Assembly (NCBI GenBank): GCA_021613535.1
Contig: CP075492.1
Span: forward strand, 6,324,001 to 6,388,000
DNA length: 64,000 nucleotides
Source of the DNA: Adineta vaga
Taxonomy: Eukaryota > Animalia > Rotifera
Direction: 5' to 3'
Every line of letters starts with the position of its first letter. Position 1 is the first letter of the stretch. The notes beneath the pieces were generated by a model. That model made no database searches, was not told where the DNA came from, and was given only the letters and a program-made list of their open reading frames with translations. Positions 25,901 to 38,182 of this stretch are shown here, piece after piece. The translations under genes and the position numbers were made by a program.

Positions 25901-28900
25901 CACAAGTGATGTCGCTGGAATATCAGGATCAGTGGCACGAATCTAAATATCAAAGATATAGATATGAACATTCTTTTGTTATACTATAGTTTAATCAAAT
26001 GAAACAATAGGTTTGTAAGGTCATACGCTTCGTATCTTGCTGACATTTCAATATGACAATAGAAAAGATATCCTTGTGAACAAATTAATCTTCAGCTTAT
26101 TGAATTCATTCGTAATGACATTAATCTTTTTTTTCTCACTTTACTAATAAGTCCTGAATATACATATATGAAACTTCAAAGTTGAAGGATACTGAAGAGT
26201 TCAAACATTTTTGTAAATATTACTTACCACTGGCCCATTGAGAACAGAAACAGCAGTTCCTTCTTCGACTGCATATTGGTAGGAAGTAAAACCGGGCATT
26301 AAATTAAAATAAGGTGCTCGTGTATTTTGAGGTATTAGAAGAATATTCACTGTCAATGTTGCTAAATTCTGTGTATCAAATGCTGTCAATACCAATGTAT
26401 AATTAGGTGTTACTTCATAACTCAACGGTCCAACAACATAAAGTTGACCTATTGCTTGATATTGTGTACGAGATGTATCAGCAACATTATCTGATAACAA
26501 CTGAAAGGTGAATGCATTCTTGGTATTACCACTCAATATTCCAAAATCCAATATAGTATCAAAATCTGTATCTGTAACTGTTAAATTGAGTATACCAGTA
26601 CCATTTAACGTTGTTTCATTGATAGAAATAGTGATTGATGTTGAATTGACAAAAACTATTGAAAACAAAAGAATTGAAATTTATAAAAAAACATATCTTT
26701 GAAAGCTAAATAAAATTGCTTTACCTGGTGGAACATCATTTACATCAATAACTTGGATATCAAATTGAAAATCTTGTGTATTGGGTGTTATTGAATTCCA
26801 TGCTGGTGCACCGTCAGACGCAGTAATAAATATACGATAGAGTGTCTTATTACTTTCACGATCGAACGTTGCATTTGTCCATATCGTTCCATTAGAAGCA
26901 ACAAAAAAGTTTCCAAGTGCTTCTGAATCACTCAAATTTCTATTTAATGCATAACTAACAGAACTATAAGCAGGATCGACATCACGATCAAATGCTTGAA
27001 TTTGAGCAATAACACGATTTCCACTTTCATTTTCGACAACACTCAAAACAATCGAACGAATATCAAATGTTGGAATTTGATCATTCTGATCGATTATTGT
27101 AATTGTTGTTGAACCAATTAATGGAGGATTTACAAGAACACGAATGTATATTAAATAAAGACTTTGAATTTCAGCATGAAGACCACTAGTAACAACAATA
27201 CCACTACTGAAAAGATTTCCATTTCGTAATACTGGTACATCACTAAAGGGTATGTATGTATTAGGAAATGGACTACTAACAGTCATAATCGACGATGTTG
27301 TTGATGTTAATAGATAACTGATGGTTCCATTGAATCCATATGTTGTATTAAATATGGGTCGATTTCCATAGGTTTCATAATATTTTTCAATAATTGGAAA
27401 ATTTAATTCTTCATAAGCTGGATCAACCCATCTTGCTGGTGGTGGATCATTACCATTGTTATAATAGATTGTTACTGTAGCATTTGTTTCACTTATACGT
27501 GGAGGTGAACCACGATCTTGTGCATAGACTTGAAATGTTATTGGAAATTGACTAACACTTAAATTATAGATACCAGGAACACTACTACGAAGAATAATTG
27601 TTCCGGTAGTTTGATTGATCGTAAAATATGGAACATTAACTGTTCCAATATAATAATTAATCATTCCATTTAAACCTGAATCAGCATCTGAAGCAATAAT
27701 ACGTAAGAAACGAGCACTATTCGAATTGCCAGTAGTTGAACGATAGATAGTATAATTCCAATTTGTCATAACAAATACTAAACGAAATCATTTTCATTAA
27801 AGCAAAAAAGATTTCATTAATACTTGATCTTACCTGGTGGATTATCGTTCAAATCAAGTAGATTAATACGTAAACTACAGAACGCTAAAGAAAATATTGG
27901 CGATAGAAAGAAGTTGAATTAAATTGAATAAATAAAAACTTACATTGTCGCTGTGGTGTACCATTATCAGTAGCTAATATGAACAAATACCAAACTCGTG
28001 GAGTACCTTAAATCATCAAAATTCATGTCTTTATAACCTTGTTCATATTCAAAATTCGGTTCGCTATTTTTCGCTTCGATAACTCTTGTTTAACAACACG
28101 GTCAATGATCAGAAAAATTTAAAGCTTGATTGACTCTTCAGTTAATGACGCTTTTTAACACTCGGAAATTTCTTACGTAAATAAAACTTTTCTTATGAAA
28201 GAATTACATCAATTGAATATATATTCATATTGACTTTTTTTAGTTAAAGAAAATGAATATGTTTTCGTTCTCTATTGAAAACTGTACGGAGTAACGAAGA
28301 TTTGCATATTACGAAAAAAAATGAAATCAATCTTACCTGGTGCATCATAATCAAATGAAATATTCGTTCGTAATATTGCCGTACGAGTAGTATTCGTTTG
28401 TGATATTTGTTGAAGATAAAATTGTGAATAAGCAGTATTTCTCAAACCACTCACTTGAAAAAGAAAAAACTCGATAGATAATCAATAGAATGGAAAACGA
28501 ATAAAAATTTACCGGTTGTTCGTGCTTGCTCAGATGGAAATGATATTGTTACTTGTCCATTTTCTCCTCTATCATCATCGAATACCGATATGGTGGTAAT
28601 ATTTGCTCCGATTGAATTACTTTCATAAAAAGAAACTGCTGAACCACAAATATTATTAAGAAATTGTGGTGATCGTTTATTAACAGCTGTAACATTGATT
28701 GTTATAGTTGTCGTCGTTGAAAATAGCGGACATGCTGGACGTGTTGGCAAACATGATGAGCCATCATCACTAGCAGTTACAGTAACAAAATATTGTGCAG
28801 CAGCGGATGATTGAAATGATTGTTGTAATTGTAAAACACCCGTTGTTGCATCAATGGAAAACTGACTACTAATCATCGAATAAGTAATTCCATCACCATC

Positions 28901-29564
28901 AGGATCTGTTGCAAAAACAGTACCAAATAGTGAACCAACCGCTGCCGTTTCACTGACTGAGAATGTTTGATTCGATGGTGTGAAGTATGGTGGATGAACA
29001 TTATAGTTTTCAAGATTAATTTGAACGAGTGCTGTTGAACTAACTGATGGTCGAGTAGAATAGGTTTGAGTCGCAATTAAATTGAATAAATAACGATTAT
29101 AAGGTGTAAAGTAATTTAATGGACTAGATGAAAAGAAAAAAAGATTATATTCATATAAAAGTATTCTTGATGACTTACTAAGTATTAGTGACAAGGGCAT
29201 AGGAACCATTTGATAAAGTAGTAACAGCAAAATTTGGATTGCCTGATGTCACTGTTACAATTCCTGAGGTAAAATTAAGTGCTCGACCAGTGACAGACGT
29301 GGAAACAAAACTTGGTCGAGTAAAATCGGTCTGTGGTTGAACATTAAATGTAAAGACCTGTGTGCCATTTGGAGATGAAACAGAGAAATTTGATACTGTT
29401 ATGACATAAACAGATTGATCGAAGAGAGGACCAGCAAAACTTGTATTGTAGAAGAAATCTGGTATATCATTTTGACAGACTTGTGTAGAAGTTAAATTAA
29501 TTAATAGAAATATTACTAAACAATGAATCAATAAGAATCGATGATGTTGATCTGACTGAATCAT
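22924..29564 (-). CDS. Non-chordate classical cadherin (about 9 EC repeats, NC domain, Cys-rich region, one LamG, TM, catenin-binding tail)
   Basis: Signal peptide from 29564; repeated DxNDxxP, ATDPD and DRE motifs; NC-domain LGSIYVNDPDDW; LamG LYLGGLP...FSGCIRNV; TM segment; tail DDTRDNIIDY-ETAGEED and YEGEGSIASDLSSL...WGPKFSRLADLY; stop at 22924. Confidence 0.93.
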
Positions 29565-29899
29565 TGCACATCTAGAAGGCAATGAGAAAGAAAAAAAAAC
29601 ACATGAAGACAAATTCGTTTTCAAAATGGACGATGTCCTAGGTCGATGAATATGAATATATCACGACCTTTGCACAGAACGAAAAATTCTTTCGTTCATC
29701 ATTGTTCGGACGGTCAAAGTTGCCGAGAAAGAAAAGAAGAAAAATAAACCTTGAAGAAAACAAAAAATGTATTATGATTGGCTCAACTATTGACGAGACT
29801 GTCAAAATTTTCGTATGCATACTCTTCTAATATATTTGTATAAAATGAACGTCAGACTGTCATCATCTGATCAAGAAACTGAAAATTAATATACCTAAA

Positions 29900-31100
29900 A
29901 AAGAAAAAGAGTATTCTTTCGATTCTTTTCTCTCACCTTTCGTTTCTTTTTTTCCCCTTCCCCTCTCTTTCTCTCTCTCTTCCAACATGTATTTTGGCAT
30001 TCTATACACATGAGATGACCGCAATCATTCAAACGTACTGAACAATTCTTTCTCTTCTTTTCTAATATGTACGAACCGCAAAGAAATGAAAATCGACCGC
30101 ATCATTATATATGCACGAAAAGAAAAAGACATCGACACATACACACACCTTCATATTTGAAAAGATGATGACGAGAGAGGGAGAGAGAGAGACGAAAAAA
30201 AGAGTTGTGATGCAAACAAGAAAATGTAAAAAAAAGAGGTTGAGAGAGAGAGAGAAGCAATTGGCTCAGATTACAACTATCCAAGTATCATTGATAAAAT
30301 AAAGGTCGTCAAAATCTGCCTATTGAAGGTTAAGATGAGATATTACTCTCTTGACAGAAAATCAACTTGAACTATTTACGCAGACATCTGTATATGCGTT
30401 ATGATAAAATTAACAAGTGATGTCCTTGTATCATAAAAAATTTCATTTTCATGCCTTTTTTTCTTCGATTTTATAGGTGGTTTGTTCAATTGAACGAACT
30501 CTTACGAGAGTATGTATATCTTTTCGAAAATGAAATTGTAATATATTATATATATGTATACGAAATTGATTGTTACTGATCGTTGATTTGCGAAATGAAT
30601 AGAACAGAGGGGGGAGAGAGAGAGAGAAAAAGAGAAACTGACGAGAATTTGATAGGTGAACACGTCCTTCCTGTTCATGTACAATAATAATGGCTATGAT
30701 GGTAAATAGCATCGAGAATGTCAACTCGAAAAGTACTGAAAGTAAACGATACGCTAGGAAAAATAACAAACGTGTGTTGCGAAAAATGAAAAAAACGAAG
30801 TGAAATAAAAAAATCCTTTGTTTACCTACAATTGTTCTAATCGATCTTAAATAAGACTCTACACTAACATAATGAATCTATTCATAAACTTACCTAGAAG
30901 AATAAAAAGAATGATCAGGTCCAAATCTTACAGTTTTCTTCTTTGCATCTTCTTCTTCTTGTTCTTCTTTGTCGTCTACTAGTTTCATCACTCAACATCT
31001 GTGACAGTGAGTTTTTTTTTCTGATTAAGTATGTAACAAGAGAGAGAGAGAAAGAGGAGAAAAAAAATCGAACAGTGAAACAAGTAAACTCATGTAGAAG
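29900..31100. promoter_or_regulatory. Long non-coding region upstream of the cadherin with several (GA)n/(CT)n tracts
   Basis: (CT)n at about 29960-29980; (GA)n at about 30173-30192, 30242-30254, 30612-30627 and 31039-31050. No credible ORFs; regulatory role inferred from position. Confidence 0.4.
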
Positions 31101-31866
31101 AAATATGTGTATGTGTGTGTATTTAAAAAAAAGAATCAATTTGATTTTCATTCACGGCTTCACTTCAATGCTTATTTCTTTATGCCATTTGTACTTTATG
31201 CTAAACTAAAGCAAACTTTTATGACATCATAATGAAGGTTATCATATGAGCAAATATGTATATATTTCGCTTCATTTATCTTATTTAAAAAACGACAGTA
31301 ATATAAAATCGAAACAATTTTCACGTGAATTTAGATCGATGCATGTATGTATACATATACAAATAGATACATTGTATCGATTAATGACACACGTTCAAAC
31401 TTTATACTTACTCGTTCTTAGCGGGATGAGTTCATCTTAGTATTTGTGTCCGACTTGTATTGTTATTGTTCAAGAGCATGATGGTCTCGCCTTCTTCTCC
31501 ATATGTACGATTACTAATGAGAGCGTTGAAGAGAAGAAGAAGAAGAAAAAAAACGAGAACAGAAACTTTTCTTTTTATGTTCTATTCTCCTTCATCATTA
31601 TACATAAAGTTCGAGTACAGGGCAATCTCTACTCTGAACGTTTATCGTACAGTGTAAAGGAACAGAGAAGAGAAAAGAGTGCAGTCAAGTGGAGGGAACC
31701 ACCTCATTCACGGTTGCTGGCACTAGTACTGCTTGAGGCATGTGGTGACCTGACAGTGTCAGATGAAGGAGAAAAGAATGAATTATTGTAAGCCATACAT
31801 AATCACATGAATCTGTCTAATCTTGCTACTACAGTACTATTCTGATGGCATCTATAATATGAACAC

Positions 31867-31892
31867 ATATACATATATATATATATATATAT
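31867..31892. repeat. (TA)n microsatellite
   Basis: atatacatatatatatatatatatat. Confidence 0.8.
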
Positions 31893-32092
31893 TGATCAAG
31901 CGAACATAAAATTTAACACAAGCATGTAATTATGCAAATGGACTTCATTGGAATCTATGTAGGACAAATAAACTATGTTTGCTTATCAAAACCATGTATG
32001 GACAAGAAAGAATATATACATAGAAAGAAAAGAAAATGAAATGAAATTAAAATGAAGATGATTGCTATTGATGTAGTAGAACGAGTTGATTG

Positions 32093-32535
32093 TTCAACGA
32101 AATAATTTGTTTTTTTCAGTAGTAGTTTTCTGTGTCCATTTTATTCGCATATTGTTATAACATACATATGTATTCACTTACTTTTTTGTTCACATCTGTT
32201 AGACGTTTATATATTGCATAGAAAGCATCGAGATGTTCGATTGTTTCATCACTAATTCGTTTACGTGCCTGCGGTGCAAAATGAATCCCGAGAAGAATAC
32301 TGATTAAATAGAAAAAACCTTCCTGAATAGAATAATGGAGACGATGTATCGTATGATTGATCTTCAAATTATTTTGATTGAGAAATTTGAAGACAAATAA
32401 TATTTATTCATTGAATACATGTCTATGAAAACTTTTACTTTGATCGATGAGACGCACGAAAAAGGTGTCTATAGGTGAATATTGAATGATTGATTGAAAG
32501 AAAGAAGGTTGATATGACGATTTGGAATCATCAAG
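32093..32535 (-). other. Possible small spliced orphan gene or gene remnant
   Basis: Coding-like segment EGFFYLISILLGIHFAPQARKRISDETIEHLDAFYAIYKRLTDVNKK is bounded by a ctattcag acceptor and a gtaagt donor, then an intron of about 52 nt and KTTEKNKLFR*. Start not resolved. Confidence 0.25.
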
Positions 32536-33571
32536 AAAAAAAGAAAAGATTAAATGATAGTGATTATTGCATTTTTGAATATAAACAAAATCAAATAAAA
32601 TGATGATAGTTTTCATTCAATTGGTCATGCTTGTCGATATATTCACATGAATGATGAACAGATAATCGGTGATACGACAAAAAGATTGATTGATACTGAT
32701 ATATCACATCAATTAACTACTTTCTCTCGTGAGAATGATAATTATTAGTACGATTCGAGTGTTGTTATTCATCAATTGAGTTTCATTGTCAAGGTAAATT
32801 TTGAAGAAAAAGTGCCGTAAGAGTCATTTCATTTCGAAGTGTTTCTATAAATAGTATACTCGTTCGTTTTCTGTCTCTTTCTTCAGGTTCTTTTTTTTTC
32901 TTGATGAATAAATTTTTTGCAAACTTAATTTTCGATGACTTCGAATATGTGCTTAAAAAAATATTAATGAACATAGTTTTTATTGATTTCAGTTTCTTTT
33001 GTCGATCATCTTAGTCTTAATGGAAGACTTTGTCGTCATTTAACTCAAAAATAATTGTGCATATTTGAAGTGTTCTTTTATAGTATTTTTTATCCATGTT
33101 TTGAACATTTACATATATATTTGTATTCAAATTAGATGAGAAATTCTATCTGGCTTCATCAACATTTGTTTCGAAACTAAAGAAAGATATGACATCTATA
33201 TCTAACCTTAGATTGCGAATACAAATAAAGTTATACATCAGTGTGTTTACTTGACATCCGTATCAAATTCTAATGAAAAGAAATTTATTGAATATATGTG
33301 ATGACTATCTTTCGTTCGTTTATTTCTTTTAATAAACAAAGCAATTTGAAATAATCAGTGCCCAAGTATCATCAATTTCTCACAATGTTTCGAATGAATA
33401 AGTTTTGTTCGATACATTAGTGACTAATTATAACACATACAAGTGTTACGTAAATGAAAATGACTCATTATTTCTATACCATTACACTTCGTTTCTTTTT
33501 TGCATGATTGCTTTCACGTTTCTCGAAAACATCAATTCTATACAGAAATCATTCTTGACATTGACGTAAAT

Positions 33572-34231
33572 ATGGGATTGCTTCGAAAACTTAGAGAATT
33601 CGGTAGTGCTCATATCTTACCATTATTCGATGGAAAACAATCAACAAAAAACGATGGTAACGCACCGGATCTTGATTATGGACCATTACCACAAAGTTTC
33701 TTTCATGCAGTGAATGCTGCTCGAGAAGACGCTGGCTTTGACGCACTTCCTATCAATGCTCGTAAATCGGTGCGTAAACGAGACGAACATTTTATGAATC
33801 ATAATATGAGACCCGAATTCGGTGCGTTTGATCGAAATCGACGACCCTCAAATGAGCAACGATTCGATCGTTCAGCTCGTCACGGTTCACCCGATCAATT
33901 TCGTCGTCTTCCGCCCGGTACTCCAATTAAATTTCGTCGACGTCCAATTTCACCTGAACTATTACAACCTAGTGCATCTGCACCATCTATTTTCGGTCAA
34001 CATCCCGGTCCAGCATCTCCTGATTTGCTTCGTCATTTTCAACATGAACAGCAAATACCATATGTAGCTAGGCAACAGCAACAGCAACAATTCGATAGGA
34101 TGATGCCTCCTTCCGCTCAATTCTATCCTCAATTCCAACAACCTCTATATCCTATGATGTATCCAAATGCTAATGTGCAAAATTGGTTTATGATGTCACA
34201 ATATCCTCAACAAATGTATCCATTCTATTAG
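33572..34231 (+). CDS. Orphan Pro/Gln/Arg-rich, probably disordered protein, single exon
   Basis: ATG at 33572 (MGLLRKLREFG), higher GC than flanks, several SP motifs, C-terminal Q/P/M/Y-rich low-complexity tail. Confidence 0.75.
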   Translation: MGLLRKLREFGSAHILPLFDGKQSTKNDGNAPDLDYGPLPQSFFHAVNAAREDAGFDALPINARKSVRKRDEHFMNHNMRPEFGAFDRNRRPSNEQRFDRSARHGSPDQFRRLPPGTPIKFRRRPISPELLQPSASAPSIFGQHPGPASPDLLRHFQHEQQIPYVARQQQQQQFDRMMPPSAQFYPQFQQPLYPMMYPNANVQNWFMMSQYPQQMYPFY

Positions 34232-34490
34232 AAAACTATTTTGAATGGTACTCTATTTTTCTTTTGATGTAAGTCTAACTATTCTTGTACTAAATAATTA
34301 TTTTCGAAGAAAAACAATCAAAACAATATAGACTTGTACTTTAACAAAATTCAGGTAATGTTAAGGAAATTTTCCGCATATATTTTTAAATAATGACAAA
34401 AAAACGTTCTTTTGAACACAATAAGTAAAGAATGTTTTCTTCAATTTCATCAATTCATATCCAAAAACAAATGCTAAACTTTCGTTATTT

Positions 34491-34891
34491 TTATCCAATA
34501 AAATTCACCACAACCAAATGTAAAATAATATGAGCGAAAACAAAATCAGCAAAAGCACGTTCTGGTGAAACATTGAATGTTGATTGATTTGCTTTGTTCA
34601 ATTGAATACGTAAACTTGCTAGAATGTCGACAACAAAAAATCTATATAAAGTTTATCGAACATATTTTATTTACCTGCTAAAACAAAACAACCAACAGTT
34701 GAAATAAAACCGGAAAGAAATGAATTGAATGGAAATGTTCCAACAAGTAAACAATAAGCAAATTGAATAATTCCAGTTAATAAGACGTAAACTAAATATG
34801 CATCGATTAATTTCAACTTTTTCGGTGTACTAATACAATATTCATCATAGAGTTTACGTAAAATTCCTACGACTTGTCCTAGTTGACTCAT
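34491..34891 (-). CDS. DAD1: Oligosaccharyltransferase subunit DAD1/OST2, 2 exons
   Basis: [12 protein letters not shown]...[22 protein letters not shown] spliced to SLRIQLN...[25 protein letters not shown]. Confidence 0.96.
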
Positions 34892-35068
34892 TATCAATGA
34901 ATAGATCTAAAATTAAGTAAACCAAAGAAAAAAGAAATTGTATTGTGTAGTATGTTTTTTTTCATGTCTGTATGTTTTTCTGCACAAAAAAATTTTCGCT
35001 AAAAGAAATGAATAACAATAAGAGATTAAACATCTATATATGTGTATTGATGAATATGTCTTTTCCTT

Positions 35069-36584
35069 TTATGTTGCCATTAATGGAACACTTCCCGTTT
35101 CACCTGTCGCACTATCCATGGTACTATTGACGGATGGTGAACCTGTACTGGTTGCTGATGTTTGTGGAGTTGTTAGACATTGATATTTACCATCGAGACC
35201 AACTTTCCATAAACTAACTTTATCTGCAGCAGCCACAGCAAGAATATCACCTGTCAATGACCAACTAACACTCCAAACATCATTAAAATGTGTACCAATT
35301 GGAGTACATTCCCAATTGATAGATGAACGTATATCACGTGTAGAAACATAAACATGACCATCCTAAAAATGAGAATATCGATTGAATTGACTTTTTTTCC
35401 TCATATAAAATTCTTCTTACTTGTGAACAACTGGCGATTTTATCTTTATGAAAACTAAAAGTTGGTGCCCAAGCAACATCACGTACCCAATCATTATGTT
35501 GATCAAGATGTGTTTCTTCTATCCAATTATCATCTTGTTCTCTACGATTAAAATTCATTTTTTGTTATATAATAGAAAAAAGGATTTTTATATCAAAATT
35601 TACTTCCATATACGAATCAAACAATCACATCCAGCTGAAACAAAACGCTTTACAGGTTCACCTGTTGTTCCTTGTACACCTGTTTCATCACTTGATTGTG
35701 GAAGAACGGCAGGTGCCCAACTAAGTGCATTTACACCCGGCTAATAATCCAAATGAAAATAAAAATAATCAATCAATTAATAGCACAAAGTATTTATACA
35801 TACGGGATGACAATCAGGAATTCTCTTTATTGTCCATCGACCATCACCTAAATCGACAGATCTTCTCGTTAGAAATGATAGAGAACCATTGTTATACTTA
35901 CCAGTTGAACTGAGAATAGTAATAGAACCATCTGAACTTCCACAAGCTAACATAAGACCATATTCATAGGGTGCCCATGCAACCGTATTCACTAAAATAT
36001 GTCAAAAACAATGATCTCAAAACAAAAAAAAGATAATCGACTTATGTCCTTACCAGAAGATGTATGTCTATCATATTCATATATAACAGAATATTGTGTT
36101 CCACCAGTTGCATTTGGTTGAGGTGGTAATCCACTTGGTGTCGTTTCTTTCCAAATCAATACTTTTTTATCATAAGAACATGATGCTAGTAAACTACCAA
36201 ATGTTGGATGTGACCATGATAATTGCCAAACAGGACCTTCATGTCTTTAAAATAGGGATATTTTTGAAAATTCTACCAACAAAACAAGATTTCAAAAGAT
36301 CAAGTACCCTTTTAATTCTGCAATTAATCGTTGTTGATTATTGGATACATCAAATATTTTAATACTTTTATCTGATGAACATGTTGCTAAACGTGTTCCA
36401 TAGTAATCTAATTGAGCATCATGCTAAAATAATCGAGAATTTCTAACTTTATATCATACAAAAAATCTTCAAATCAATCAACATACAATCAATTCTTCAT
36501 GACCTGTATCGACTGCATTGATTTGTGTCTGAAAATAAATTGAATTAATATTGAATAAAACATACAATTACAAATATTTACCAT
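35069..36584 (-). CDS. SEC13: SEC13 WD40 protein (COPII coat / nuclear pore); first coding exon contributes only the ATG
   Basis: M spliced to [14 protein letters not shown], then [68 protein letters not shown] and [10 protein letters not shown]. Confidence 0.95.
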
Positions 36585-36657
36585 TTTAATGACAAAGAAT
36601 GAATTGTTTATAAAAAAAAATCTAGAAGAAAAGGAGGGGTAAAAAATTTGTTAATTT

Positions 36658-38052
36658 TTATTCAATATGATCAATTTTTGGTTTAGTTAAATAACGATAG
36701 ATTTCATTATGAATATCACTAAATAAAAATGTTCCAAGAAAAACCGATGCAGTTCCAATCCAATGATTCAATGTGAAATCATTTTGAAAATAAATTATTG
36801 AGAAAATTAAACTAACAAATTTTCGTAATGTAATTACTAATGTTACTACTAATGATGGACATTCAGTTGTCAAAATAAATACAGATCGAATACAAAAATA
36901 TTGTGTTACAACATTACAGAATAAATACGCCCACATGATCGGAATACCAACATTCGCAAAAATTGGAAGCCAAGCTAAATGTATTTAATTAATAGATCAT
37001 ATAAGAACGCTATACTACTGAAAACGTTACTAGATTGATTGAATAGGTGTGCATGATGATAGATATCTTTTCCAACAGATCCAAATAATGGGAGAGGAAG
37101 TAAATGCTAAAATATTAGGAATATTTGTAAGTAAAAGAAAAACTTTTGTTATTTACCGAATAGAATAAAGCTTCTTCAGGATGTTTACCCCATTTTGCGT
37201 AGAGAGTTTCTTGATAAATACCCATTAAAGCCGAAACAAGTAGAGCAAAGATAAGCATACTAATACCTAAAACAATCAAATGATTCTTTATATTAAGAAA
37301 TTCTTAATAGAAAATTTATTGTACCAATAATCCATCGGAAAAAATCTGGTTTTTGTTCATCTATTTTAATATTGTTCGCTGCTTTTTGTTTATTTAAAGA
37401 TTGACTAGATGCATATGTTGCCAAAATAATTCCAAATGTAATTAAAACTACTGCTAGAATCTGTCGTAATGAATATCTACAAATAGAATATCACATCAAT
37501 CATGATTATTTGTTCTGTTTTTTTTCTTCTTACCTTTTCTTCAAAATAATCATTCCCAGTATGAGATTTGCAATTAATGAACCCTAAAATAAACATTCAT
37601 TACATATATCAATGAACATACAAAATTCATACCGATCGAAAGATCATATGTAATGGCATTGGTATATTAAAATTCAATGCATAATTATTAATTACACTCA
37701 CTAAGAAGAACATTACTACCATAATCATATAATCTCTGAAAAAGAAAAAGATTTCTCACTCTCTCATTAATAATCACAGATTTTTCAAATAAAGTATTAC
37801 TTGATTGGAACATTTCGTTTTGCTGAACCCCATTTATAATAATTGATGAAACCTTCGATTGCAATGAAAAGAAACTGAGCAAATGTAATGATATTTCCAC
37901 TTCCTGGATAAGGTCTAAATCAATGTACAATTAAAACTTTTAGTAAATTTCATGATTCGTATGGAAACTTACCGAACAATCAATTCAAGAAAGATTACAT
38001 TTGAACAACAACCAAGAAATATGAGAGCTATCGTTTGTATGACACGATTCAT
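36658..38052 (-). CDS. SLC35B4: UDP-xylose/UDP-GlcNAc transporter, multi-exon
   Basis: IFLGCCSNVIFLE, ALNFNIPMPLHMIFRS spliced to GSLIANL, MGIYQETLYAKWGKHPEEALFY, NVVTQYFCIRSV and VTLVITLRKFVSLIFSIIYFQN. Confidence 0.93.
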
Positions 38053-38182
38053 CTTTGTTGCCTGTTTTAAAAATATCTATTTGGATGACGTGTTACTATA
38101 AGTTTACTCATTTCTACCAATCGGAATCGTTATTTTCAAAGAGGACAATAGATCTAATCCGATTGGTTACAGAGAAAAAAAA
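38053..38182. promoter_or_regulatory. Bidirectional promoter region between SLC35B4 and ICA1, with inverted CCAAT boxes and a CRE/UPRE-like motif
   Basis: Only 130 bp between divergent ATGs. ACCAATCGGA (38116-38125) and its perfect reverse complement TCCGATTGGT (38158-38167). GATGACGTGT at 38084-38093. Confidence 0.65.

Noticed and set aside
28008-28335. Unusually long cadherin introns (also about 25943-26228) as possible MITE insertions
   Set aside because: No terminal inverted repeats or target-site duplications were visible by eye.
29638-31791. Many 60-115 aa ORFs upstream of the cadherin
   Set aside because: Low-complexity K/R/E- or F/L/S-rich translations of GA/CT and A tracts, with no motifs; several have non-ATG starts.
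31780-31800. GGCTTA on the minus strand resembling the start of the rotifer spliced leader
   Set aside because: The match ends after 6 nt, with no following donor or Sm site.
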